Origin: a virus
Lineage: Duplodnaviria > Caudoviricetes
IMG/VR virus record: IMGVR_UViG_3300025127_000035
Span: 1-59,744 of that record
Length of the DNA stretch: 59,744 nt
Direction: 5' to 3' (one strand)
In this document: positions 10,110-19,599 of the stretch, one piece after another
How positions within the stretch are numbered: position 1 is the first letter of the stretch
Layout of the letters: each line of letters starts with the position of its first letter
Notes under the pieces: generated by a model
What the model was told of the DNA's origin: nothing
The model's database searches: none
The model's input: the letters and a program-made list of their open reading frames with translations, nothing else
Translations under genes and position numbers: made by a program

Positions 10110-10696
10110 TGGCTATTAAAATAAACATTACTGAACCTGTTTCAGAACCAACCGAACCAGCTAACGAGACTGTTAATATTAAGATTGTAGATCCAAATAG
10201 ACAGATGTTGGAATTTAAATTAAATATGCGAAGGGCTTTGAACGGTGATTTGATGATTTTTGATCACGCTGATATTGATATTGTCGTTATGCTTGAATCA
10301 AAGAAAATTATTGCTTTTGCAAAAGATTTAATGTCGGAAGTGGTATACGGAGCAGAGAGTCGTCTGTTTGATCATCTCAAGAAAAAGGGCATCGTTGCTT
10401 TTGACTCTATTCAAGGTGGTAATGTTTACGGCTCTCTTGAAGCGAAAATTCTGGACTCAACCGATCTTGATTCTGTAAAAGCTTCATTATATGAAATTAG
10501 CCAATGGATGGATGGTGAGCGACCATACTTTAAATCCATGGAGGCTTATGATGAAATGATGGATGATGCTTTACTAGATCCTGATAAAAAGGATTCAACT
10601 GAGCTTGGCGAGGTCCCACAAGAAGTAGAACAGGGCTCCATCAATCAAAGTGTTTTATTTTCGCCATATCTTTATGGCCGTTATATGTACGAGTAA
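10109..10696 (+). CDS. Hypothetical protein
   Basis: 195-aa ORF, TAATG coupling, GAGG RBS. Confidence 0.7.
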   Translation: MAIKINITEPVSEPTEPANETVNIKIVDPNRQMLEFKLNMRRALNGDLMIFDHADIDIVVMLESKKIIAFAKDLMSEVVYGAESRLFDHLKKKGIVAFDSIQGGNVYGSLEAKILDSTDLDSVKASLYEISQWMDGERPYFKSMEAYDEMMDDALLDPDKKDSTELGEVPQEVEQGSINQSVLFSPYLYGRYMYE

Positions 10697-10699
10697 AAA

Positions 10700-11077
10700 A
10701 TGAACATTGACAACAGTAATATAAATATTAGAGACGACCTTAACATGATAGAGTTTGATATGGGAATGATTTGGTTTATTTTGGCCGCATATGGCCTAAC
10801 ACAGATTTTAGTTTATTCTAAAATTTTTGAAAAAATACGACCCAACCGAGACCAGTATGGTCTTTTTGGATACATGGCGAATTGTGCTATGTGTATGGGT
10901 TTTTGGGTAGGAATGTTTTTGTTTTTCATAAACGGATGGACAGAACTATTTACTTTCAAATACTCCATCGGAAACATGTTTATTTGTGGCTGGGTTTCTT
11001 CGGGAACCTCTTACATTTTATCCATGCTAATTAATGATGATGGTTTAAAAATTAACAATACAGGAGAGGACAAATGA
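10700..11077 (+). CDS. Membrane protein with CxxC (DUF1360-like)
   Basis: Three hydrophobic segments and CAMCMGFWVG. Confidence 0.6.
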   Translation: MNIDNSNINIRDDLNMIEFDMGMIWFILAAYGLTQILVYSKIFEKIRPNRDQYGLFGYMANCAMCMGFWVGMFLFFINGWTELFTFKYSIGNMFICGWVSSGTSYILSMLINDDGLKINNTGEDK

Positions 11078-11133
11078 CTTGGACAACTAAATGGATGCTT
11101 CAGCCAGTTCGTCGTTGCTGCTCTGGATCCTAG
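11074..11133 (+). CDS. Unannotated 19-aa peptide MTWTTKWMLQPVRRCCSGS
   Basis: AGGAGAGG RBS, ATGA overlap with the upstream stop, TAG directly before a hairpin. Confidence 0.5.
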   Translation: MTWTTKWMLQPVRRCCSGS

Positions 11134-11137
11134 CTCG

Positions 11138-11166
11138 AACGGGTTGCGCCCGTTTTTTATTTTTTT
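11138..11166 (+). terminator. Intrinsic terminator
   Basis: AACGGG-TTGCG-CCCGTT followed by a long T tract. Confidence 0.7.
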
Positions 11167-11180
11167 AAGGAATTATAATA

Positions 11181-11579
11181 ATGAAGATTACAAAAGAAAG
11201 ATTAGTACAAATTATCAAAGAAGAATTAAAAAATAATCAGATGGAAAGTGAGTTTCAGAAACCTCGTTACTCTTCCGATGATTATTGGAAAATGCAAAAA
11301 GTATTAAACGACAAATTTGGAACCACTTTTCAAAAAATTGATGGTCGTATGCAACGAGTTGAAACCCCTGCTTACCAAGAACTGATAAAAGACCTTGAAG
11401 AGCTTGGCCGACAAGATGTAATTGATCGGCTTCCTGTTCTAAGTTCAATTAGCATTTATATGGTGGCAGAAATAGCTCACTATGTCGAAACAAATGATAT
11501 GGAAGCGTTAGATAAAATGGTCAACAAAGCCAAACGCCATGGTCAAGCTGTTGTTAGAAGTGGGCCGTTGGGAACATGA
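11181..11579 (+). CDS. Hypothetical protein with MKIT..LVQIIKEE leader
   Basis: MKITKERLVQIIKEELKN; AAGGA RBS. Confidence 0.7.
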   Translation: MKITKERLVQIIKEELKNNQMESEFQKPRYSSDDYWKMQKVLNDKFGTTFQKIDGRMQRVETPAYQELIKDLEELGRQDVIDRLPVLSSISIYMVAEIAHYVETNDMEALDKMVNKAKRHGQAVVRSGPLGT

Positions 11580-12199
11580 AAAAACTTTTAACAGAATTTT
11601 ATGAATTATGTAAAGACGGTATCTGTCAAGACCTTTTAACCGAAAGAGAAAAACACGAAGTCGCTAACGGAGCACTTTATCTTTCCGGTCGCATTCAAAC
11701 TTGCGAGAAGAAGAATGGTAATGGCCGAATATATCCTTGTAATGTTTTGAAAAGAGAAATACAAAAATATGAGAGTGTTGTAAAAGATAACAGAGCATTA
11801 GGAGAATTAGACCACCCAGATGATTCAGTTATTAATCTTCGTAATGTATCTCATCTAATTACCGATATTTGGTGGGATGGTAACGATGTTATTGGAAAGA
11901 TTAAAATTTTGGACACACCATCAGGCAAAGTTGTAAAAGACCTTGTTAATTCTGGTGTTAAGCTTGGTATCTCATCAAGAGGTATGGGCTCTGTTCAAGA
12001 ACAAATGGGCGCATCTATGGTTCAAGAAGATTTTGAACTAATTTGTTTTGATATTGTCTCCGAGCCATCAACACCAGATGCTTATATTTACCCCGATAGC
12101 AAATCAAAAAATATCACGGCTTCTATTTATGAGAAGAAAATAAATGAAAACAAAGCTGAGATTATTGGAGATTTGTTTAAAAAGATTTTAAAGGATTAA
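11576..12199 (+). CDS. Prohead protease (T4 gp21-like)
   Basis: NGNGRIYP, ALGELDHP, catalytic GISSRG, FDIVSEPS. Confidence 0.95.
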   Translation: MKKLLTEFYELCKDGICQDLLTEREKHEVANGALYLSGRIQTCEKKNGNGRIYPCNVLKREIQKYESVVKDNRALGELDHPDDSVINLRNVSHLITDIWWDGNDVIGKIKILDTPSGKVVKDLVNSGVKLGISSRGMGSVQEQMGASMVQEDFELICFDIVSEPSTPDAYIYPDSKSKNITASIYEKKINENKAEIIGDLFKKILKD

Positions 12200-12202
12200 A
12201 AA

Positions 12203-13210
12203 ATGAGTAAATATTCAAGTTTTAAGAAAGATAAATTAATTTTTGAGAATTGGAGAAAATATCTCTCTGAAGAAGCAGACCCTAGAAAGATGAGTGCCGA
12301 TGACTTTCCAATGAAGTTAAGTGATGTTGGTGCTGAATATACACCTCAACAGGCAAAACAAATTGCGACAAGTGGGCTTAAAGATGGTGATAAAGGGGAT
12401 GATCAAATATCTGCTTCAACGGCAAGCTTTCCGGTTAAAAATTTGAAACCATCTCAATCTTCAATGAATATTGGTAAGGCTGTGGCTTTTGCTATTGCTG
12501 CGATTTTAAAAAACAAGCCTTTTCCAAACGGACCCGGTGGTAATCTAGGGGCGATGATTGATAAAGATAGTCACATTATGGATGGGCACCATCGATGGAT
12601 CGCAAGTGGAATGGTAAACCCAGACTCAGAGGTCGGAGGCTACCAAGTACAATTTCCCGCAGAAAAATTAATTCCAATTTTGAATATTCTTACACTTCAT
12701 TTTACAAAAAGCGCAAAAGGTAAGCCCGGTGGTGGGAGCTTTGAGGCATTTAATGAAGCAGGCATTGGCAAGGTGTTACAAAAATATGCTAAAGAAGGAG
12801 TCTGGTCAGCCAATGAAGATCCAAAAATGGTAATGAAGGCACTAGAAGAATTCACGGGACAATCTGGTCAAGCTGCGATTTCTGCTGCTGCTAAAAAAAT
12901 GGCTGATAATGTAAGTCAATTGACCCTCTCTGTTCCAGCAGGTTTCCCAGAAAGAGAAGATATGCCAATCATCAGTGCTAAGAAAGGACATTTGGATTTG
13001 GCAGTTAAACTATTAAACTCAGGCGCGATTGACGTAAATCCAAAATATGCTGGCAAATCTGGTGAACCCGGTGGGATTGTTCCTGATTCTGGTGGAATAT
13101 ATAAAAAAGGTGCTGACTCTGATGCTGGCTATGATGAAGAAGAAGCAAAACGTCAGAGAATGATGAGGAATCTTGAGGAAAATAAAAAACCCAAAAGAAG
13201 GAAAAAATGA
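12203..13210 (+). CDS. ParB/Srx-like domain protein with LIFENWRKYLSE N-terminus
   Basis: LKPSQ and HIMDGHHRW motifs of the ParB/sulfiredoxin N-domain. Confidence 0.65.
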   Translation: MSKYSSFKKDKLIFENWRKYLSEEADPRKMSADDFPMKLSDVGAEYTPQQAKQIATSGLKDGDKGDDQISASTASFPVKNLKPSQSSMNIGKAVAFAIAAILKNKPFPNGPGGNLGAMIDKDSHIMDGHHRWIASGMVNPDSEVGGYQVQFPAEKLIPILNILTLHFTKSAKGKPGGGSFEAFNEAGIGKVLQKYAKEGVWSANEDPKMVMKALEEFTGQSGQAAISAAAKKMADNVSQLTLSVPAGFPEREDMPIISAKKGHLDLAVKLLNSGAIDVNPKYAGKSGEPGGIVPDSGGIYKKGADSDAGYDEEEAKRQRMMRNLEENKKPKRRKK

Positions 13211-13626
13211 ACAAAAACGAATTGAAAAAGGTTCTCAAACCTTTGGTAAAGCAATGTATTAATGAGGTTCTTTTAGAAGAAGGTTTGTTATCAACCGTTA
13301 TAGCGGAAGTTATGAAAGGCACAGGTGCTACTCGCATTGTTGAAACAATCCAGCCCGTTAAGCCAAAAATTGATAATACAGCCGCAAGAGAGAAAAAGAG
13401 AAAAGAATTATTAGAACAAAAGAGAAAACTTCTCGATGCAATCGGCACAGAATCATATAATGGTGTGAATTTGTTTGAAGGAACAACGCCAACTAAATCC
13501 GCCCCAGCACCCGGACAAACTCAACAACAAGGACCGTTAAGCGGTGTAGCACCAAATGATCCCGGTGTTGATATCAGTTCTTTGATGGGCTCGGCTCACA
13601 ACTGGTCAAAGATGGTGGATAAATAA
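13207..13626 (+). CDS. Hypothetical protein with leader-like N-terminus
   Basis: MNKNELKKVLKPLVKQCINEVLLEE. Confidence 0.7.
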   Translation: MNKNELKKVLKPLVKQCINEVLLEEGLLSTVIAEVMKGTGATRIVETIQPVKPKIDNTAAREKKRKELLEQKRKLLDAIGTESYNGVNLFEGTTPTKSAPAPGQTQQQGPLSGVAPNDPGVDISSLMGSAHNWSKMVDK

Positions 13627-13627
13627 A

Positions 13628-13843
13628 ATGGCTTGTAACTATAAAATTAAACCTCGAAAGAATGAAAACATTGAGAGAGTAATAAAAAGATTTAATAAAA
13701 AAGTTAAAAAATTGGGAATTATTGAAGAAGCTAAGGAGCGTCGTTATTATATTAAACCTTCTGAAAGAAGAAGAAAAGCTAAGAAACGAGCAGATGCAAG
13801 ACGTCGAAAAGAGTTAGCAAAACAAAGGAAACGAACTAGTTAG
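13628..13843 (+). CDS. rpsU: Phage-encoded ribosomal protein bS21
   Basis: ENIERVIKRFNKKV..GIIEEAKERRYYIKPSERRRK matches the bS21 pattern; 71 aa, very basic. Confidence 0.9.
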   Translation: MACNYKIKPRKNENIERVIKRFNKKVKKLGIIEEAKERRYYIKPSERRRKAKKRADARRRKELAKQRKRTS

Positions 13844-13865
13844 TTTGAGTTGGAGTTTTTAAAAA

Positions 13866-14303
13866 ATGTCAGAAAGCAATATCTATACAGCAGGTTTAAA
13901 CAATGCAGGGTCTTACATAGTTAGTGGTGTGCCATGGATAACAGGTTCAACACCGGGTACATCTGCTTTGCCACAGGATCATGAAGTTAGGATTGAATTT
14001 CCATATGTAACTAAAAAAATTCACATACAAAACACAAGAGGTGGAGGTGGTGCAGCTTCTAAAAGATTGCGTGTTACGCTTATACCAACTGGTTCTGGCA
14101 ATGTTGTGGGCGGTCTTCACTATTATGATATAGCGAATGTCTCTACCTTGGGACCAACAACACTTGATTTGAATGTAAAAGTAAAAGAAATATATTTATC
14201 ATGTCCGGGCTCATCTGGTACGGCATACACAGTAGTCGCAGAATTGACAAGAATACCTGCTGAAAGAATGTTTGAACTAACCGGATCAGGAGTTAGCGAG
14301 TGA
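13866..14303 (+). CDS. Putative virion protein, paralogue of 14300..14701
   Basis: Shared YTAGL..G.Y.V.G.P.ITGS, EFP.VTK, KEIY and VVAELT.IP motifs. Confidence 0.7.
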   Translation: MSESNIYTAGLNNAGSYIVSGVPWITGSTPGTSALPQDHEVRIEFPYVTKKIHIQNTRGGGGAASKRLRVTLIPTGSGNVVGGLHYYDIANVSTLGPTTLDLNVKVKEIYLSCPGSSGTAYTVVAELTRIPAERMFELTGSGVSE

Positions 14304-14701
14304 GTAATTTATATTATACTGCTGGCTTGCGAAGTGTTGGCTGTTATCAAGTTGCTGGCACTCCCTACATTACAGGTTCAAGCATAAACAATGGTGTTGA
14401 AGTTAAACTAGAATTTCCAAAAGTAACAAAGAGTGTTACTGTTCATGCACTTTCCTCATCGGATGGAACTGGTGTTGATGTTCATTTTAATTCTTTGTCT
14501 TCTGGTCGTGTTCTTGATGGGATTCACTACAAAAGGCTTGCTCACATGGAGAGCTTTACTTTCAATGTTAAATGTAAAGAAATTTACATTTCTAATCCTG
14601 CTTCTGGAACACAACCGTTGAGCTTTACAGTTGTTGCTGAATTAACTACTATTCCAACCGGTAGCATGTATGCTTTAACCGGCTCTGGGCTTACGGATTA
14701 A
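14300..14701 (+). CDS. Putative virion protein, paralogue of 13866..14303
   Basis: Same motifs; GTG start overlapping the upstream stop. Confidence 0.7.
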   Translation: MSNLYYTAGLRSVGCYQVAGTPYITGSSINNGVEVKLEFPKVTKSVTVHALSSSDGTGVDVHFNSLSSGRVLDGIHYKRLAHMESFTFNVKCKEIYISNPASGTQPLSFTVVAELTTIPTGSMYALTGSGLTD

Positions 14702-14713
14702 AGGAGGTTTTTG

Positions 14714-15322
14714 ATGGCTAGATTTGGATGGGCACATATATCTAATGCTAAAAACCTTGGCAGTGGACCAAATGGAGCAGTGCAGTTTGCAACAGGCTCT
14801 GATGGAGAAATATCTGGAAGTAGCTCGTTTGTATATAATTATGCTAGTAATAATTTGGTTCTTAGTGGAAATATGGACATTAGTGGTACAATAACCGCTC
14901 ATGTTTTTGATGTAAAGCAGACTACAAAAGAAGAGATTACCGTAAGTGGTAGTACAAACTTTGGTAATTCATCTGATGACACACACATTTTCACTGGTTC
15001 TGTTATTATTTCTGGTGCATTAAGGCAGAATTATTACGAATTAAAAAATACAACTTATTCTGTTGCTTCATATGATTCTATAATTGGTGTTTCATCGTCC
15101 GCGTATGTTTCAATAACGATACCCGCAGCTTCAGTGGCTGGCCCCGGAAGTATTCTAATTATTAAAGACGAGACAGTTGGAACACGCTCTGATGCTAATA
15201 GAATCGCAATCACGGCTTCTGGCGGTGATAAAATAGATCACCAATCAACATACTCACTTTCTGGTGATAACCCCGCATTGACTATTTATAGTAATGGTGT
15301 ATCAAAATGGTTCATCTATTAA
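14714..15322 (+). CDS. Fibre/decoration-like protein with the shared C-terminal TLP..IKD..IDG..SNG domain
   Basis: AGGAGG RBS; C-terminal ITIPAA..IIKDE..ID..YSNGVSKWFIY. Confidence 0.65.
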   Translation: MARFGWAHISNAKNLGSGPNGAVQFATGSDGEISGSSSFVYNYASNNLVLSGNMDISGTITAHVFDVKQTTKEEITVSGSTNFGNSSDDTHIFTGSVIISGALRQNYYELKNTTYSVASYDSIIGVSSSAYVSITIPAASVAGPGSILIIKDETVGTRSDANRIAITASGGDKIDHQSTYSLSGDNPALTIYSNGVSKWFIY

Positions 15323-15339
15323 TGTAGGGGAAGTCGTGA

Positions 15340-16044
15340 ATGGGTTACAATGTTTTATCGGGCTCTGTCTCTAATATTTACAATATTAATGCCTCCGGAA
15401 CTTTTACAGGCTCATTTGGCGGAGATGGTGCAAATTTAGAAAACGTAACTCAATTTACACTTTATGGTGATTCTGCTGGTGGGGTCATACCGTTTTATAA
15501 ATCAATATCAGGTGAGACACATTTAGAAGGCGATTCCACCCTTACATTTAACCCAACCACCGATACTTTATCAATTTCTAGATTATCCGCCTCTTCCGGT
15601 ATAAATTTATCAGGTATTTTAGCTGGTACTGCAACGACATCTAGATTTCTTGCATTGGATTCTAACAATAATATTGTTTTAACTTCGTCTGCCGCAGGAG
15701 GCTCTGATGATGAATTTTCTGCTGCTGGAAGTGGTATCGGTGCAAACGGTGTGTTTTTTGCAAGAACTGTCATTACAGCTAGTCGAGTGGTTCCAAAAGA
15801 AAGTTACTACATTGGCGTTTCTGCTTCTTCAAATGTCACTTTGACGTTACCATTAGCTAATACAACAACTGTCGGTCAAACATTTATAATTAAAGATGAA
15901 ATGGGTGTTGCCAATACGCATGATATTATTATAGCAACAGCAGGTGGGCACACAATAGATGGCACCACAAGCGTTCAAATCGAAAGTCCATTTGGCGCAA
16001 TCAACATCTACTCTAATGGTGCGAATAAATATTTCATTTATTAA
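15340..16044 (+). CDS. Fibre/decoration-like protein with the shared C-terminal domain
   Basis: TLTLPLA..IIKDE..TIDG..ESP..YSNGANKYFIY. Confidence 0.65.
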   Translation: MGYNVLSGSVSNIYNINASGTFTGSFGGDGANLENVTQFTLYGDSAGGVIPFYKSISGETHLEGDSTLTFNPTTDTLSISRLSASSGINLSGILAGTATTSRFLALDSNNNIVLTSSAAGGSDDEFSAAGSGIGANGVFFARTVITASRVVPKESYYIGVSASSNVTLTLPLANTTTVGQTFIIKDEMGVANTHDIIIATAGGHTIDGTTSVQIESPFGAINIYSNGANKYFIY

Positions 16045-16165
16045 TTAAAAAAATATATTTTTTTGTTCTAAACGCTTTGCTGCTCCCTAGTTATGATGAG
16101 GGGATTGGTGTATCTTGCGTAGCTTGATATGCTTTACCTCATGCTATATTTAGGAGGATTTATAT

Positions 16166-18232
16166 ATGGCTTATAAATTTCAATTAGGGGCTGCTCGTTT
16201 GAGTGGTTCCTTGGTTCAAGAAGGACAAGCAGAAGTCGATGCGCTTACTGCTGATTCCTTGAATGTACAATCGGGTGGAATTACAAACGCTGGTTCTATT
16301 GCTGGTGCTACTTCCATCGACGGTTCTGGTGACCTTACAATGGGCACTATTACTATGACTGGTTTCACTGTCGATGCTGACGGTGATATGACTGCCAAGT
16401 CAATTGTCATCCCTGATGACGCGACTATTGGTGCCGTTGGCGACACTGATATGATTACATTAGATGCCGGTAATGATGTTACTTTTGCTTCTGATCTTAA
16501 TGTTGTAATGGGCGATGGCAAATTAGTTCTTAATGCAACTGCTGTTACTTCAACTGCTGCTGAGTTAAACTTACTTGACGGTTCAGCCGCTGACACAATC
16601 GTTAACAGCAAAGCTGTTATTTACGGTTCAAGTGGTGAAGTTAATGCTTCTCAATTCGATTTAGGTGGCCAAACAGTCATTGATTCCGCTGGAACATTTC
16701 AAGGTAACAAAGGTGACTTTGGACAACTTTCTGCTTCCGTTGGTTTGCTTGTTTCTGGTTCCGGTGGTGCTTCTTTGATCACTAACGGTTCTGTTAGATT
16801 TGACGCTAACTTAGACGAGACTATTAGTCTTGCTAACGATGCTCTTTATTTTAAAGATCAAAACGACAATGGTAACTTGAAAGTCGATACTGTCGCTGAC
16901 ATTATGGCTCTTGTTGCTGGTAACGGTCTTGCTGCTGCTAGTGGTGTCTTGTCTGTCGGTGTTGATGACTCAACTATCGAACTTAACTCTGATGCTCTCA
17001 GAATTAAAAATACTGGTGTTACAGCCGCAAAATTAAATGATAATATCATTTCTGGTCAAGATGAATTGGCTCATGCTGATATCGTTGATGCTGATGAATT
17101 GATGATCTCCGATGGTGGAGTTATTAAAAGAGTTGGTGTTGATAGTATTCGTGACCACTTCTTTGGTGTTGTTTCTGGTGATGCTACTGTCGCTGATGGT
17201 GGTGCTTTAACAATTGCTGCTGATGCTGTTGAGAGCGGAATGCTTAATGACAATATTATTTCTGGCCAAACTGCACTTACTACTGGCTTGGCTCTTACTG
17301 ACGAATTCTTAGTTTCTGACGCTGGAAGCATCAAGAGAATGGATGTTTCTGTTCTCGCTGAAGCAATTGATGGTGCTGGTCTTTCCAACAACGCTGGTCT
17401 TCTTGATGTTGACGCTGCTCAAACTGGTATTAGCTCTATTTTGCACAACGATCTTAAACTTGGTCGCGCTGATGGTAACGATGCTATTGACTTCGGTACT
17501 GATGATCAAATTGATTTCTTTATCGATGGTACTACTGCTGCTGATCTTGAGATGAGAATTGCTTCTGGTTCTGTTACAGTTTATGGTAACTTGAATGTTC
17601 AAGGTACAACAACAACAATTGACTCTGCAAATATTTTAGTTACAGGATCAATTTCTTTTGAAGGTGCTACCGCCAATGATTTCGAGACCACCTTGGGTGT
17701 TATCGATCCTACTGCCGATAGAGCTATTAATCTTGCAAACGTTGCTGGTACTTTGATTCCTTTCGCTGCTGCTTCAACAACTGCTATTTCTGCAACACCA
17801 GCCGAAGTCAACTTGCTTGATGGTGACACCTCTGTTGGTGGCTCAATCACTCTTGCTGCTGGCGATGGCTTTATTGTTAATGATAATGGCACAATGAAGA
17901 CAATCCCTGCTTCTGACATTAAGACTTTTGTTGGTAGTGGTGTCTCACCAGTTACACCTATTGATAATGGTGAAACTCTCGCAGTTGGTGTTAACTACTT
18001 TGATAATGCTCATGGTGGTGCTGAATCAGTAAACCTTCCAGCTTCTGCTGGCTTGTCTGCTGGTGAATCTATTAAGATTAAGGTTTCTTCTGATTGTAGT
18101 TCAACAAATTCAGTAACTATCAACCGCGCTGGTTCTCAGACAATTGATGGTGCAACTTCAATTGTTCTTGAATCACCAAATGCTGCTGTCGAATTGGTAT
18201 ATGTTGCTGCCGATTTGTTTAAGATCTTCTAA
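16166..18232 (+). CDS. Long fibre protein with internal repeats and the shared C-terminal domain
   Basis: Ala/Gly/Asp/Thr-rich; repeats LNDNIISGQ x2 and AE(L/V)NLLDG x2; C-terminal VNLPAS..TIDG..LESP. Confidence 0.75.
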   Translation: MAYKFQLGAARLSGSLVQEGQAEVDALTADSLNVQSGGITNAGSIAGATSIDGSGDLTMGTITMTGFTVDADGDMTAKSIVIPDDATIGAVGDTDMITLDAGNDVTFASDLNVVMGDGKLVLNATAVTSTAAELNLLDGSAADTIVNSKAVIYGSSGEVNASQFDLGGQTVIDSAGTFQGNKGDFGQLSASVGLLVSGSGGASLITNGSVRFDANLDETISLANDALYFKDQNDNGNLKVDTVADIMALVAGNGLAAASGVLSVGVDDSTIELNSDALRIKNTGVTAAKLNDNIISGQDELAHADIVDADELMISDGGVIKRVGVDSIRDHFFGVVSGDATVADGGALTIAADAVESGMLNDNIISGQTALTTGLALTDEFLVSDAGSIKRMDVSVLAEAIDGAGLSNNAGLLDVDAAQTGISSILHNDLKLGRADGNDAIDFGTDDQIDFFIDGTTAADLEMRIASGSVTVYGNLNVQGTTTTIDSANILVTGSISFEGATANDFETTLGVIDPTADRAINLANVAGTLIPFAAASTTAISATPAEVNLLDGDTSVGGSITLAAGDGFIVNDNGTMKTIPASDIKTFVGSGVSPVTPIDNGETLAVGVNYFDNAHGGAESVNLPASAGLSAGESIKIKVSSDCSSTNSVTINRAGSQTIDGATSIVLESPNAAVELVYVAADLFKIF

Positions 18233-18269
18233 GTCGAACTTTATGTTTGCCTTATTGGCTTATTTGCTT

Positions 18270-18297
18270 GGGGAGGGGGTTTCCCCTCCCCTTTTTT
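18270..18297 (+). terminator. Intrinsic terminator
   Basis: GGGGAGGGG-GTTT-CCCCTCCCC followed by TTTTTT. Confidence 0.85.
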
Positions 18298-18317
18298 ATT
18301 CGGAGGAAAGATAAAAA

Positions 18318-18863
18318 ATGGCTTATAAATACCAACTAGGAGAATCCACAATGAGCGGCTCGCTCACACAAGAGGGTGATGTCGATCTTTCTGGTTCTGT
18401 TAATATTGCACTTCCCGGTCAAGCTGCCGCTGTTCGTGGTGGCCTGACTGTGGTCGAGGACTCTTTATTCAGTTCTATGTTGCAAGTTGATGGAACGCTT
18501 GATTGTAATAGTACATCTGATTTTCAAGGTAATGCTAATTTTCAAGCAAAAGTAACTTTCAATGGCGCACAGGTTGGAAATGTAACTTCTGTTACTTCTG
18601 CGACCTATACTATTGTTGCCACAGATTATTTTGTTGCTGCTAATTCTACTAGTAATACAATTACTATCACTTTACCGGCTGCTAGCAGCCATAGTGGAAG
18701 AGTTTTGAAAATTAAAGATGTTGGAGGTAATGCAGCCAACAACAATATTACTATTGATGGAAATAGTTCTGAATTAATTGATGATCATCAATCTATCGTT
18801 CTTGAGTCGCCTCATGCTGGTGTTACATTGGTTTGTAACGGCACATCGTGGTTTGTCCTATAA
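18318..18863 (+). CDS. Short fibre/decoration paralogue
   Basis: N-terminus MAYKYQLG..SGSL.QEG matches 16166; shared C-terminal domain. Confidence 0.7.
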   Translation: MAYKYQLGESTMSGSLTQEGDVDLSGSVNIALPGQAAAVRGGLTVVEDSLFSSMLQVDGTLDCNSTSDFQGNANFQAKVTFNGAQVGNVTSVTSATYTIVATDYFVAANSTSNTITITLPAASSHSGRVLKIKDVGGNAANNNITIDGNSSELIDDHQSIVLESPHAGVTLVCNGTSWFVL

Positions 18864-18880
18864 AAAACTTATTTGTTTTT

Positions 18881-18904
18881 GGGGGGTTTAGGCCCCCCTT
18901 TTTT
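18881..18904 (+). terminator. Intrinsic terminator
   Basis: GGGGGG-TTTAGG-CCCCCC followed by a T tract. Confidence 0.75.
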
Positions 18905-18987
18905 ATATCTTTTCGAGAACAAGAAAAACAATTTTATAAAAACTATTTATAAACAACTCTAAGCTGTTGTTCAAAAGGAGGACGAAT

Positions 18988-19599
18988 ATGGCTATTACAG
19001 ATGCAAATGGGGATACTATAAATCCTAATGGTGGTTGGAGAATATTAGCAAATTCAACCGCAAGAAAAACAATTAATTTAGGAACCGCACCCGATGCTGG
19101 TGTTGTATGGACAGTCACCGATACCGTTGGAGATGCTGGTTCTAATAATATTACAATTAATGCTACTGGTGGCCAAACCATCGGTGGAAGTGCAAGTTTG
19201 ACTATTAGCACAAACAATGGTCGTGTTTCTTTGAAATCAACCGGAAGCGGATGGACCGTCTTATCGAATTCAGTTGATGCTAACCCCGGTGGTGGTGGAA
19301 GCAGCAGCGGAAGTTTAAGTGTTCAATCGCAGAAAACCGGCAATTACACAGCATCTGCTGGTGAAGTTGTTTTGGTTAATTTGGTTACTGCTGGTGCCAA
19401 TGTTACTGTGACATTGCCTGCTGCTTCAGCAGATGCCGAAGTGGTTATAAAGATCGCTGGTGCGGCAAATGGATATATTGTCACAGTAGATGGTAACGGA
19501 TCAGAAACAATTGATGGCTCGACAACAAGAACAATGGATTCGGATAACGAAATAATGCATGTCGTCTCTGACGGCTCTAACTGGTGGAGGATAGCATAA
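18988..19599 (+). CDS. Fibre/decoration protein with two copies of the shared domain
   Basis: AGGAGG RBS before ATG 18988; two related domains joined by a GGGGSSSG linker. Confidence 0.7.
   Translation: MAITDANGDTINPNGGWRILANSTARKTINLGTAPDAGVVWTVTDTVGDAGSNNITINATGGQTIGGSASLTISTNNGRVSLKSTGSGWTVLSNSVDANPGGGGSSSGSLSVQSQKTGNYTASAGEVVLVNLVTAGANVTVTLPAASADAEVVIKIAGAANGYIVTVDGNGSETIDGSTTRTMDSDNEIMHVVSDGSNWWRIA

Noticed and set aside
10707-10735. TTGACA at 10707 (and at 48993) as promoters
   Set aside because: No convincing -10 hexamer at 16-18 nt spacing.
16094-16145. tRNA or riboswitch in the leader of the long fibre gene and other intergenic gaps
   Set aside because: Only a weak G-U-rich hairpin; no cloverleaf or recognisable aptamer by eye.
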